A stretch of 64,000 nt of DNA from an uncultured Planctomycetia bacterium (GTDB taxonomy: Bacteria > Omnitrophota > Gorgyraeia > Tantalellales > Tantalellaceae). Both the position numbers and the translations under genes were made by a program. The number at the start of each line of letters is the position of its first letter. Position 1 is the stretch's first letter. The notes beneath the pieces were generated by a model. That model was not told where the DNA came from. It saw only the letters and a list, made by a program, of their open reading frames with translations, and did no database searches. The stretch lies in assembly GCA_964421015.1 (NCBI GenBank), contig CAYQUS010000002.1, positions 72,538 through 136,537 of the forward strand. The letters are read 5' to 3'. Below are positions 9,412 to 19,284 of the stretch, in pieces.

Positions 9412-10169
9412 TAATGTCCTCCCTGAGAGGCTTTTTTGACGACAAGGTGGTAGAACTCCGTGGATATGTTCTCGAGCCTTGCGGATACCGTCTCAACTAT
9501 GCCTCTGAAGTAGGAATAGAATATCATCGCGGGAACAGCTATTATAAGCCCTCCCGCTGTCGTTACCATCGCTTTGGATATGCCGCTTGCCAGAAGGACC
9601 GGCTTCACGGATCCGGCTTGAAAAGCTATCACGTTAAAAGCCTGTATCATCCCTAGAACCGTCCCGAGAAGACCTACCATGGGAGCTATGGCCGCTATGT
9701 CCGCAAGATAGCTCAATTTTCTCCAAAGCCCGTCTATCTCTCTTTTGCCTTCGTCCTCTATAGCTTCTTTCACGATAACGGGCCCCCTGGAAACCCTGGA
9801 TAGCCCGGCGTAAAAAACCCTGCCGGCCATGTTATCCCCGCTTTCCGCTATGGCAGAGGCCTCGTTGATCCTTCCGGATTCAATGAGATCGAAGACCCTG
9901 CTCAGAAAATCCTGGGGCAGAAGTCTGTCCTTTTTCATGGAGAGAAAATAAAAGACGACGAGGCTGAGCGCCGCTATGGAGAGCGCGGCAAGAACGATCA
10001 TGACCCCTCCCCCCGAAACCATTATCTGCCATACCGTCATACCGGCGTACTCGGCATCCACGTCGGGTATATATTTTTCTTCCTTTGACGCGGCCAGCGC
10101 CATCGCCGCCGGAGCCGCCGCGAAAACCGCCGCTAAAAGCGCCGTTCTAAGCCTTTCTACTGCTCTCAT
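9411..10169 (-). CDS. exbB: MotA/TolQ/ExbB proton-channel protein
   Basis: Three TM helices and conserved C-terminal region of the ExbB/TolQ family. Start/stop coupled with exbD. Confidence 0.8.
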   Translation of the reverse strand: MRAVERLRTALLAAVFAAAPAAMALAASKEEKYIPDVDAEYAGMTVWQIMVSGGGVMIVLAALSIAALSLVVFYFLSMKKDRLLPQDFLSRVFDLIESGRINEASAIAESGDNMAGRVFYAGLSRVSRGPVIVKEAIEDEGKREIDGLWRKLSYLADIAAIAPMVGLLGTVLGMIQAFNVIAFQAGSVKPVLLASGISKAMVTTAGGLIIAVPAMIFYSYFRGIVETVSARLENISTEFYHLVVKKASQGGH

Positions 10170-10197
10170 TTTCTCCTCCGTGTTTTCCTTTTTCCTT

Positions 10198-10869
10198 TCA
10201 CAATATGACCGTGAATTCCCCTCTGGGCCGGACCTTGCTGAAATGCTCCGCCAGTTCGCTCACTTTTCCCCTTTTTATCTCCTCGAATTTCTTGGTGAGC
10301 TCCCTGGCCACGCTTATCTGCCTGTCTCCAAGAACTTCCAGCACATCGTTCAAAAAAGCGACCAGTCGGTGGGGAGATTCATATATCACCACCGTCCTGG
10401 TCTCGTTTTTAAATTCCTCAAGCTGTTTCTTTCTTCGCGCGCTTTTATTGGAGAGAAAACCCTCGAAAACAAATTTGTTTACCGGTCTGCCGGAAACCAC
10501 AAGAGCCGCCATCACCGCGGTAGCTCCCGGCACGGCCGTTACCCCCAGCCCCGCTTTCACGCATTCTTCAACCAGGACCCCTCCCGGATCCGATATCCCC
10601 GGCGTCCCGGAATCCGAAACCAGGGCAACCGTTTTCCCTCCCTTCATTTCCTCTATTATCCACGCTACCTTCTGCCTGGAATTATGGGCGTTAAAACTCG
10701 TCATCCTTGCGGATATACCGTGCGCCGTCAAAAGCACACCCGTTCTTCGGGTATCCTCCGCCGCCACTATGTCCGCCTGGCGCAGAACGCTGATAGCCCT
10801 TATGGTTATGTCCTCAAGGTTGCCTATGGGAGTGCTGACGACGTAAAGCGTCCCCGGGTCCAGAGCCAC
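10198..10869 (-). CDS. rsmI: 16S rRNA (cytidine1402-2'-O)-methyltransferase
   Basis: LYVVxTPIGNLxDIT tetrapyrrole-methylase-type motif. Confidence 0.85.
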   Translation of the reverse strand: MALDPGTLYVVSTPIGNLEDITIRAISVLRQADIVAAEDTRRTGVLLTAHGISARMTSFNAHNSRQKVAWIIEEMKGGKTVALVSDSGTPGISDPGGVLVEECVKAGLGVTAVPGATAVMAALVVSGRPVNKFVFEGFLSNKSARRKKQLEEFKNETRTVVIYESPHRLVAFLNDVLEVLGDRQISVARELTKKFEEIKRGKVSELAEHFSKVRPRGEFTVIL

Positions 10870-10883
10870 TTGCCCTCCTCGAT

Positions 10884-11321
10884 TTATTTAGGCAGAGCGG
10901 TCATGGCAAACACCATGACAAATAGCGCCACCGTCTCTATGACACCCAGTACCATTATGTAGTTCCCGAAGCCCTTTCCGGTTTCGGCGAGAGCGTCCGA
11001 GGCGCTGGCTCCGGCTTTACCCTGCATCCATGCCGACATTCCCAGAGCAAGACCCGCGCCGAGACCCAGGATTATCTGATACGGATAAGTTGCGGGGTCC
11101 AGATTCGCCGTTATGATCGCGTTTCGCAGGATCATGCCGTATATGGTCTGTGAAAGCGGCGCTCCCACAAAAGCTACCAGAATAAAAGGAGCAAGTTTAT
11201 TCTGCATAAAAGCTCTCTTCCAGGCGCCTATAGCCGCCATCCCGGCCGCGCCGGCTCCCAAAGCCGAACCTATCGCCGCCAGCGACAGCGAAAGACCCAT
11301 ATCTCCCAGACCTGATGTCAT
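10884..11321 (-). CDS. atpK: V/A-type ATP synthase subunit K (proteolipid, duplicated hairpin)
   Basis: 145 aa, four predicted TM helices in two Gly/Ala-rich repeats. Confidence 0.7.
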   Translation of the reverse strand: MTSGLGDMGLSLSLAAIGSALGAGAAGMAAIGAWKRAFMQNKLAPFILVAFVGAPLSQTIYGMILRNAIITANLDPATYPYQIILGLGAGLALGMSAWMQGKAGASASDALAETGKGFGNYIMVLGVIETVALFVMVFAMTALPK

Positions 11322-11375
11322 TACGTACCTCCTCTTATTATTGCGTCTTTTTTTCCTTTAACCCTACTTTGACCA

Positions 11376-13154
11376 TCAACTGAAAGGCTCATATTTTTTC
11401 CCGGACCACTGCATCCCGAGGTGTCCGGAAAACTCAAGCATATTAAGTCTTACCCCATGCACTATCACCGCCATGCACCCTAGAAGGATGTTTAAGGTAT
11501 GCCCGAGAAAAAGCACCAGAGCGGCAAGGAACCCGCTGAGAAGATTTGCCGGAGCTCCAGGCAAGGCTATTCGGTTAAAACTTTCCGCGACCACAACGGT
11601 GGCGTACCCCACGGCGAACAGCCTTAGATAGGAAACCACATCCGAAAATGAACTGATCACGCTCAAAGGCAGCTGCCCGGCTGTTGCCAGCGCCCCCTTT
11701 ATTATCCCCTTTTCGGCGGAGGTGAAAAAGAGAACTAGAATTATCCCTGCCGCCAAGGCCCATCCGGCGGCTTGGGGGAAATCTCCTCCTATCACGAATT
11801 TTCGGGCCGCGAAGAACATTCCCCAAAGTATCATTATCCATCCCGCTTCAGCCGCAGCGGTAGGGGAATTTATTTGCCTGGCTATCCTCATTAAATGCGC
11901 CACGGTAAGGTGAACGGCTCCTATGATAAAGCATATCAGTATGATGAAATTCTGGTCGCTGCCGGTAAAACTCCCTATTTTCTGTATCACGAGGTCCCGG
12001 AGCACAGGCAAACGCGCAAGTTCCGCCGACCCGAACCAGGTTCCCGTGATAGCCCCCCAGACCACAGTGCTCCCACCGAGAAGGTAAGTCAGAAAGAAAG
12101 GCTCCGCCGGGGCTTTGGGGAATTTTCTTCTCGCTAAAAATGCCGCGGAAATGAATATAAGACCGTACCCCGCGTCTCCTATGAGCATCGCGAAAAACAA
12201 ACTGAAAAACACCAGAAAAACAAAACTTATGTCAAACTCGGCGTAGCCCGGCAGCGTATTCATGAAAGTGAACACCGGTTTTATTATTTCTATCCACCTT
12301 GGATTCGTTATAAGAGTGGGTGTCTCATCCGGGTCGTCCGGGTCCTCAGAAATAAACCCGGCTTCGTGTTTTTCGCATATTTTCTTTATTTTCGGGATCT
12401 TCCTCTCCGGACAAAAACCTTGAACGTAAAAAAAACTTTCCTCGTTCTTCATCCCGAACCTTACTCTTAAAGCCACTATCTCTTTTTTCAGCCTGGCAAG
12501 GCATTCCCGGCAAGAGCTGATCCCTCTTCCCCTTTCTTTCATCCTTTCCTCGACCGATTCTATCTCCCGGTGGCAGCCCAGAGCCTCTTCTTCCATTTCC
12601 TTTTCGGTCTTAGCCGGGAAAGCGACCTCCGGGAAGAGAAGCTTTTCTTCCTTGTCTCCGCTTATAAAGACTACTCTGACCCGGCCCGAAGATCTGCCGG
12701 CAAGCAGTATTTTTCCCGGATCGATCTTCCCCAGGTCTTTAGCCGGGACGGAATAAAGCCGCACATTTACCCCGGCGTCCGAAAGCTCCCGGACTTCCCT
12801 GGGGTCTATATGTTCCCATTCCTCGTACCATAATTTCTCTTTTCTAAGTTTCTCCAGCTTCTCTTCGGCATCCCTTTTGGTCTTCAGATCTTCGGCCGCG
12901 TCCTCGTAGCAGCTCAGTACGTCTCTTTCATTCGACGACCTTCTTCTGTCGGGCCTTTCACCAGAATACGGCTCTATCTGGGCGATGAATTTCTCTATTC
13001 TCGATATGCGTTCCTCTACGAAAGATATTTCATGAGCCTCCGGAGGGACTACATGCTTAACATGCAGGACTCCCAGCGCCCGAAGCTCGGAGACAAAAGC
13101 TTCCCGTTCTTTAGCGGATACCGGAATGGTTATTTTTTTCATTTTTTCTATCAT
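11376..13154 (-). CDS. atpI: V/A-type ATP synthase subunit I
   Basis: 592 aa, hydrophilic N-terminal half plus multi-TM C-terminal half, operon position. Confidence 0.8.
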   Translation of the reverse strand: MIEKMKKITIPVSAKEREAFVSELRALGVLHVKHVVPPEAHEISFVEERISRIEKFIAQIEPYSGERPDRRRSSNERDVLSCYEDAAEDLKTKRDAEEKLEKLRKEKLWYEEWEHIDPREVRELSDAGVNVRLYSVPAKDLGKIDPGKILLAGRSSGRVRVVFISGDKEEKLLFPEVAFPAKTEKEMEEEALGCHREIESVEERMKERGRGISSCRECLARLKKEIVALRVRFGMKNEESFFYVQGFCPERKIPKIKKICEKHEAGFISEDPDDPDETPTLITNPRWIEIIKPVFTFMNTLPGYAEFDISFVFLVFFSLFFAMLIGDAGYGLIFISAAFLARRKFPKAPAEPFFLTYLLGGSTVVWGAITGTWFGSAELARLPVLRDLVIQKIGSFTGSDQNFIILICFIIGAVHLTVAHLMRIARQINSPTAAAEAGWIMILWGMFFAARKFVIGGDFPQAAGWALAAGIILVLFFTSAEKGIIKGALATAGQLPLSVISSFSDVVSYLRLFAVGYATVVVAESFNRIALPGAPANLLSGFLAALVLFLGHTLNILLGCMAVIVHGVRLNMLEFSGHLGMQWSGKKYEPFS

Positions 13155-13765
13155 GCCGCCGCTTTCTCCTCTTCCGATTTCAGTATCTTGCCCTTGGCTA
13201 TCTTCCCGGTGACTACTGCCGCTGTCTGCATATCCCCAAGATATATCTGTATCTTTTTTATCTTCCCTTTTGTTTCCGGGATCATTACTTTCTCGAACAG
13301 ATTGACCCTCTGCGTGGTGACATTAAGTTCTTCCCGCACGAGTTCCTGTTGGGCCCTGAGAACTTCCCGCGCCGCGGAAAGCTCCATATCCTTTTTCAGC
13401 GCTTCTACCGCAAAGTCCTGCCATATCGCGGACCTCTCCAGATCATATTCTTTTTCAGAAAAGACCGCTTTGACGAAAACGGGGATATCTATCCCGGCAA
13501 TGTTCCCCTTCTCGGTGACTATTTCCCGAAGTTTGAGGACCTCCCCGAGATCAGGTCTTTCCCCAAAAACCTCGACCCATTTATAGACTCCCGCCTCCAG
13601 GTAATCTTTCTCCTGGGTTATCCTGTCTATCTCGGCTCCGAGCTTTATTATTTCCGCCTGCAGCTGCTGTTTTTTAAGAACAAGCGTCGGGAGGTACTGC
13701 CTGAACCTTTTAAGCGCGTCTTTCTGTTTCTTAAGCTCGTTCTTGGTGAGTCGCAGTTTGGCCAT
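13151..13765 (-). CDS. atpD: V/A-type ATP synthase subunit D
   Basis: MAKLRLTKNELKKQ N-terminus and coiled-coil central stalk protein. Confidence 0.8.
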   Translation of the reverse strand: MAKLRLTKNELKKQKDALKRFRQYLPTLVLKKQQLQAEIIKLGAEIDRITQEKDYLEAGVYKWVEVFGERPDLGEVLKLREIVTEKGNIAGIDIPVFVKAVFSEKEYDLERSAIWQDFAVEALKKDMELSAAREVLRAQQELVREELNVTTQRVNLFEKVMIPETKGKIKKIQIYLGDMQTAAVVTGKIAKGKILKSEEEKAAA

Positions 13766-13769
13766 TGTC

Positions 13770-15071
13770 CTATCCCCGGTTTTTGGGCCAGAATTCTTCT
13801 ACAAGCTCCGTTCTGAAATTCGTTTCCTCGGGCTTGAAACATTCCGCCAGGATATTCCAGCCGGAGTCAAGAGCCTCTTCCAGGGGAACATTCACCTTAA
13901 GGTCCATCATCTTCTTCTCGAAAAGGTCGCCGTATTTCAGGAGTTTTTTATCCCAATCGCTCATCCTGAACCCCATTGACCTTTTTTCTTCTGTTTCCCT
14001 GTACTGGGCGTAAAGCTGTATCATGCCGTCCATTATGGCCCTGTGGTCTTTCCTGGTGGTGCTGTTCACCTGCTGTTTTAACCTGCTTAGCGATCCGAAA
14101 GGCTCTATTCTTCCGTTCCTCAGATAGAACTGTCCTTCGGTGATATACCCTGTGTTATCCGGCACAGGGTGAGTTACATCGTCTCCGGGCATTGTGGTCA
14201 CGGCCAGAACGGTGATCGATCCGGCTCCCTCGAAATCCACGGCCTTCTCGTACCTCGAGGCCAACTGGCTGTACAGGTCTCCGGGATACCCTCTGTTCGA
14301 AGGGACCTGTTCCATCGTTATGGATATTTCCTTCAGGCCGTCCGCGAAATTCGTCATGTCCGTAAGTAGCGTAAGCACCCTCTTACCTTCAAGAGCGAAC
14401 TTTTCGGCCACGGCCAAAGCCAGATCCGGTATCATAAGCCCTTCGACTACGGGGTCTCCCGCGGTATGGATGAAGATCACCGACCGGGAAAGCGCTCCGC
14501 TTTCTTCCAGTGTGTCCCTGAAATACATGTACTGGTCGTATTTAAGACCTATGCCCCCCAGGACGATCACATCAACCTCGGCCTGCAGGGCTATCCTGGC
14601 CAGAAGCTCGTTATACGGTTCGCCCGAAACGGAAAAGATAGGAAGTTTCTGCGACTCAACCAGCGAATTAAACACGTCTATCATGGGTATATTGGTCCTT
14701 ACCATTCTCTTGGGTATTACTCTTTTCGCCGGGTTTACGGCCGGCCCGGCTATCTCTATCGTGTTTTCCGTTATCTCGGGGCCGTTGTCCCTGGGTTTCC
14801 CGCTGCCGTTAAAGATGCGTCCGAGTATGTTTTCGGAAAACCCTACTTCCATGGGCTTACCCAGGAACTTTACCTCGTCTCCCGTGGAAATACCGCCGGA
14901 TCCGGCGAACACCTGAAGGGATACCATTTCCCCGTCAAGCCTTATGACCTGGGCCAGAGAAACCCCTCTTGAGGTGTCTATCTCGGCCAGCTCTTCATAT
15001 GAAACCCCGCCCGTTTTCACCATTACAACGTTCCCGGCGATCTTAAGTATCTTCGTGCAGACTTTTCTCAT
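13770..15071 (-). CDS. atpB: V/A-type ATP synthase subunit B
   Basis: Strong similarity to the V1/A1 B subunit. Confidence 0.9.
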   Translation of the reverse strand: MRKVCTKILKIAGNVVMVKTGGVSYEELAEIDTSRGVSLAQVIRLDGEMVSLQVFAGSGGISTGDEVKFLGKPMEVGFSENILGRIFNGSGKPRDNGPEITENTIEIAGPAVNPAKRVIPKRMVRTNIPMIDVFNSLVESQKLPIFSVSGEPYNELLARIALQAEVDVIVLGGIGLKYDQYMYFRDTLEESGALSRSVIFIHTAGDPVVEGLMIPDLALAVAEKFALEGKRVLTLLTDMTNFADGLKEISITMEQVPSNRGYPGDLYSQLASRYEKAVDFEGAGSITVLAVTTMPGDDVTHPVPDNTGYITEGQFYLRNGRIEPFGSLSRLKQQVNSTTRKDHRAIMDGMIQLYAQYRETEEKRSMGFRMSDWDKKLLKYGDLFEKKMMDLKVNVPLEEALDSGWNILAECFKPEETNFRTELVEEFWPKNRG

Positions 15072-15090
15072 CTTTCCCCCGTTTCAGGAA

Positions 15091-16821
15091 TCACTTCGTT
15101 TGAGCTCCGGCTATCATGCCGTCCAGTTCTTTTTCCTGTTTTTTGAATTCCTCGCTGTCCCATTTTTTATAGTTCCAGTCTATGAACCTGTACCTCAGGT
15201 TATAGAAAAACTCTCTGGCTTCTTTTTTCCCGGGAAAAATAAAATCGTTCCTCAGGACATTCACGACTTTCCCGAAAACGTACTTCTGCCTTTCCGCCCC
15301 CGTGGCCGCGTCAACTTCATCGAACCCGTTCTGCTGAAGGTACACCGCGTCCAGGAACTCTCCCTTCATATAAACAACAAAGTCTTCCGTGGAAGTTCCT
15401 TCCTCTCCTATAACTTTCATCATCTGGCTGACGTCTTTTGCCTTTGCCAGAACTTCCCTGGCAAGTTCCCTCGAATGCGCGTCTATGAAACTATGGTATT
15501 TGCTCCAGCTTTCAAGAGGATCTATGGAAGGGAATTTCCTGGAATCGGCTCTTTCTTTCGAGAGCCCGTGAAAAGCTCCCACCACTTTGAGCGTGCTCTG
15601 GGTCACAGGCTCTTCAAAATTCCCTCCCGCCGGGCTTACCGTTCCCCCTATCGTAAGGCTTCCTACGGACCCGTCCCAGAGCTTTACCACCCCGGCTCTC
15701 TCGTAAAAAGCGGCTATGCGCGATTCCAGATAGGCCGGGTACGCCTCTTCCCCGGGGATCTCTTCTAGCCTGCCGGAGATCTCTCTCATTGCCTGGGCCC
15801 ACCTGGAAGTCGAATCAGCCAAAAGAAGGATGTTAAGCCCCATCTCTCTGTAATACTCGGCTATCGCGGCGGCGGTATATACCGAAGCCTCTCTCGCCGC
15901 CACCGGCATGCTTGATGTGTTGCATATGATTATGGTCCTTTCCATCAGGGATTTCCCGGTCCGGGGATCCTTTATCTTGGGGAATTCTCTCAGCGTCTCG
16001 ACAACCTCTCCCGCTCTTTCGCCGCAGGCGGCTATTATAACGATATCTACATCGGCATGCCTGCTGGTTATTTGCTGAAGAACCGTCTTCCCGGCGCCGA
16101 ACGGCCCGGGTATACAGTATGTCCCTCCCTTTGCCACGGGAAACATGGTATCAAGTATCCTTATTTTAGTTACGAGCGTTTCTTTGGGCTGGAGTTTTTC
16201 CTTGTACGCGGTAACAGGCAGTTTTACCGGCCAGTCGAACATCATAGATACGCTGTGCTTTTCTCCCCGGGCGTCCTTTATCACGGCTATTTCGCTCCCG
16301 GCCTTACGGGCGCCTTTCCCGGCTACGCTTTCCACGGTAAAATCCCCCGACATAAAAAACGGCACCATTATCTTGTGCTTGAATATTCCTTCTTCGACCT
16401 GGCCAATCACGGACCCGGCGGTCACTCTTTCCCCGGGACCCGCTTTGGGTTCGAAATTCCATTCTTTTTCTCCCGATATGGCCTCTTTTTCCTCTCCTAC
16501 CGGCAGAAAGAAACCGAACTCCTCGGCCAGCTCGGGAAGCGGGTTCTGAAGCCCGTCATAGATCTGCCCGAGAAGCCCCGGCCCAAGCCGCACGGAAAGC
16601 ATCTGACCGGAAAAATCCACTTCGTCCCCGACCTTTATTCCTTTTGTGTACTCGAAAACCTGCATGAATGCCGTGTCTCCGGTTATCTTGATAACTTCGG
16701 ATTTAAGTTTTTTCCCCCGGCAGAGAACATATCCCACCTCGTTCTGGATTATGTTCCCCTCGAGCCTCACCGTTACCATGTTCCCGTTAACCGACTGTAT
16801 CTTACCCCGCCGTGTAGTCAT
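15091..16821 (-). CDS. atpA: V/A-type ATP synthase catalytic subunit A
   Basis: P-loop GPFGAGKT and the non-homologous insert typical of A subunits, 576 aa. Confidence 0.9.
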   Translation of the reverse strand: MTTRRGKIQSVNGNMVTVRLEGNIIQNEVGYVLCRGKKLKSEVIKITGDTAFMQVFEYTKGIKVGDEVDFSGQMLSVRLGPGLLGQIYDGLQNPLPELAEEFGFFLPVGEEKEAISGEKEWNFEPKAGPGERVTAGSVIGQVEEGIFKHKIMVPFFMSGDFTVESVAGKGARKAGSEIAVIKDARGEKHSVSMMFDWPVKLPVTAYKEKLQPKETLVTKIRILDTMFPVAKGGTYCIPGPFGAGKTVLQQITSRHADVDIVIIAACGERAGEVVETLREFPKIKDPRTGKSLMERTIIICNTSSMPVAAREASVYTAAAIAEYYREMGLNILLLADSTSRWAQAMREISGRLEEIPGEEAYPAYLESRIAAFYERAGVVKLWDGSVGSLTIGGTVSPAGGNFEEPVTQSTLKVVGAFHGLSKERADSRKFPSIDPLESWSKYHSFIDAHSRELAREVLAKAKDVSQMMKVIGEEGTSTEDFVVYMKGEFLDAVYLQQNGFDEVDAATGAERQKYVFGKVVNVLRNDFIFPGKKEAREFFYNLRYRFIDWNYKKWDSEEFKKQEKELDGMIAGAQTK

Positions 16822-17314
16822 ATTTTACCTCGCGTATCCTGTTGAAATACATTTCACCATTGTCCTTGTCAAACTTTGAGAGCCTCTCCAGTATGTCGAG
16901 TTTCTGATAATAGACGATCAGTTTACCTATGTCAAAAAAGTGTCCTCCCTCGAGCGAGCTGAGAAAGTCCCATCTTATTTTTTCGAAAAAGAGCTCCATC
17001 TCCAGAGGGTTGGCCTGTTCCATTACCCTGGCGGCCCAAAAAGACGGTTTAAGTTCCGTCCGGTCTTTTCTGGCCCTCCTGGCCTCGGCCAGATCTTTTC
17101 TTAGAGAGTCGTCAAACTCTCTCCAGGCGGCACCCACAGCCGGAAGGCTTTCCTTTTCCGCGCCGTCTTCCTTCGAGATGCTAAGGTCCCGCATTTCTTT
17201 TTCGGAAAGCCATTTGCCGCATTCCTCGAGGAATTTCTCCTCCGTTATGGGAGGCTCTTCCCGGAAAGACAGAGAAGGCAGCGACGCCACGAGATAGTAG
17301 TGCTGCGCCGACAT
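16802..17314 (-). CDS. V-ATPase operon-associated hypothetical protein
   Basis: 170 aa. Sits between atpE and atpA, like the conserved hypothetical of chlamydial/spirochaetal V-ATPase operons. No motif recognised. Confidence 0.45.
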   Translation of the reverse strand: MSAQHYYLVASLPSLSFREEPPITEEKFLEECGKWLSEKEMRDLSISKEDGAEKESLPAVGAAWREFDDSLRKDLAEARRARKDRTELKPSFWAARVMEQANPLEMELFFEKIRWDFLSSLEGGHFFDIGKLIVYYQKLDILERLSKFDKDNGEMYFNRIREVKYDYTAG

Positions 17315-17922
17315 TATTTTTTCTCCTCCGAAAGAATAGACAGGATCCCCTTATTGAGGAACGTTCCCAGGGCTTCACTTATGGCCTCGTCCGTGAAATC
17401 GTAATACACCCCTTCGTCTTTTTTCCCTATCCTGAACCCCCCGGTTATCTCCTTTGAGCATGACAGAGTGACCCCGGAAGCCATCTCTCTGCCGAGCGCC
17501 GCCGCAAAAATTTCCTGCAGGTCTTTCTTATCCTTTTCGCCCAGCATCGCCTCGATGCCCCCTTCCTTGCCCGGATCGAATTTTTCGGAGAGAAGCACCA
17601 TCATTTTCTTTATGGTCTCCTGATCAAGGGCCCTGGATATTTCGCGTTTCATCACGCTGTCAAAAAGGGCCGTTATCGCGGCTCTTAGCCCGAGCTTCGC
17701 GTCCCTTGCAGCCTGCCTTATGGCCGCCTGGGCGTTCGTCCTCATTTTCTCGGCTTCTTTTTCCGCTTCCTTCATTATCGCGGCTTCTTTCTCCCGGGCT
17801 TCTTTCAGTATCCGTCTGCTTTCTTCGTTCGCGTTAGCGATTATTGCGGCTGCTTCTTCCCGGGCCTTTTCAACCCCTTCTTTTTTTATCTTCTCTATTA
17901 TTCCCTTTACGCTGGTTTCCAT
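17314..17922 (-). CDS. atpE: V/A-type ATP synthase subunit E
   Basis: About 200 aa, E/K/A-rich coiled-coil N-terminus and globular C-terminus typical of stator subunit E. Confidence 0.7.
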   Translation of the reverse strand: METSVKGIIEKIKKEGVEKAREEAAAIIANANEESRRILKEAREKEAAIMKEAEKEAEKMRTNAQAAIRQAARDAKLGLRAAITALFDSVMKREISRALDQETIKKMMVLLSEKFDPGKEGGIEAMLGEKDKKDLQEIFAAALGREMASGVTLSCSKEITGGFRIGKKDEGVYYDFTDEAISEALGTFLNKGILSILSEEKK

Positions 17923-17946
17923 TACCGTTACCTCCTTAACGCCCGA

Positions 17947-18534
17947 TTAGGATTTTTTGTCTTGCCGTGACCCGGGTTTTTCTATGGGGATACCCTCCTG
18001 GCATAGCGGGCATACCTCCGGCTCAAATGTTGTTATGTTGAGCTTTACAAGTCCTTCGTGTTTTATTCCGCCGAAGTCCAGTTTCTGCCCCGACCTGTCG
18101 ACCAGCGCCGCTACGCCTACGGGGACCACCCCGTCCTCTTTTAGAAGCGTTATTACCTCTCTGACGGATTTCCCGGTGGTCAGAACGTCCTCGGCGACAA
18201 GAACCCTTGACGAAGGCGATACCCTGAATCCCCTGCGCAGTTTCATTTCCCCGGAAGAGTCTCTCTCCGTGAAAATAGCCCTGGCCCCGAGAGCCCTTGC
18301 AAGTTCATATGCTAAGACCACCCCTCCGAGCGCCGGCCCTACGACCACGTCCGGTGAAGAACCCACAAATTTCGTCGCCAGAGAAGCGCATAACCTGGCG
18401 GCCACGATGGGGTTCTGGAGAACAAGGGCGCATTGAAGATACGCGCCGGAATGAAGCCCGCTGGAAAGCTTGAAATGCCCCTGCTTATAGGCTCCTGTCT
18501 GCCTGAATATCTCCATTATTTCCATTTCCTGCAT
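17947..18534 (-). CDS. pyrE: Orotate phosphoribosyltransferase
   Basis: PRPP-binding motif VLVAEDVLTTGKS. Confidence 0.85.
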   Translation of the reverse strand: MQEMEIMEIFRQTGAYKQGHFKLSSGLHSGAYLQCALVLQNPIVAARLCASLATKFVGSSPDVVVGPALGGVVLAYELARALGARAIFTERDSSGEMKLRRGFRVSPSSRVLVAEDVLTTGKSVREVITLLKEDGVVPVGVAALVDRSGQKLDFGGIKHEGLVKLNITTFEPEVCPLCQEGIPIEKPGSRQDKKS

Positions 18535-18551
18535 ATTTGCTCCTGTGGATT

Positions 18552-19262
18552 TTATTTTTTTATTTCCCGAATGATATTTCTGGCGGCCTCGGCTGGATCG
18601 GGAGAATCTACTATGGGTCGGCCGACAACTATATAATCGGACCCGAGGCGGAACGCCTCGCTCGGGGTAGAGGTTCTTTTCTGATCCTGCTCGGGAGCCC
18701 CCGAAGGACGTATGCCCGGCGTCACGACTATAAAATCTTTCCCGAACTTTTCTTTTATATTCCCGGCTTCCATGGCCGAAGCCACAACGCCGTCAAAACC
18801 GCAGTTCTTGGCGAGAGACGCGAACTTGATCACCTGCTCGTCGATGTCAGGCTTAAGACCTATACCTTCCATGGCGCGTTTGTCCATGCTTGTAAGTACG
18901 GTGACTCCCAACAGGATAGGCTTTCTTCTCGCCCCTTTCACCGAGTCTGCTCCTTCCCGGGCCGCCCTCAGCATTGCTTCTCCCCCGAGGCAGTGAAAAT
19001 TCATCATAAAAACTTCTTTTTCGGCGGCGGCGCGCGCCGCGTTCCTGGCCGTGTTGGGGATATCGTGCACTTTCAGGTCCAGAAAAACTTTTTTCCCCGC
19101 CGATGATATTTTTTCCAGTATCCTTTCCCCGAAAGCCGTAAAGGGGGCTATCCCGACCTTAAAGACATCTATTTCCTCCCTTAGAATGTCCACCAGGTCC
19201 GAAGCCTTTTTGTATGTTTCTACGTCCAGAGCCGCTATTATCCTTTCTTTCATCCCCGCCAT
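18552..19262 (-). CDS. pyrF: Orotidine 5'-phosphate decarboxylase
   Basis: IIAALD...DLKxHDIPNT active-site region. Confidence 0.85.
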   Translation of the reverse strand: MAGMKERIIAALDVETYKKASDLVDILREEIDVFKVGIAPFTAFGERILEKISSAGKKVFLDLKVHDIPNTARNAARAAAEKEVFMMNFHCLGGEAMLRAAREGADSVKGARRKPILLGVTVLTSMDKRAMEGIGLKPDIDEQVIKFASLAKNCGFDGVVASAMEAGNIKEKFGKDFIVVTPGIRPSGAPEQDQKRTSTPSEAFRLGSDYIVVGRPIVDSPDPAEAARNIIREIKK

Positions 19263-19284
19263 CCGTCAGCCGCCTTTTTCTTTT

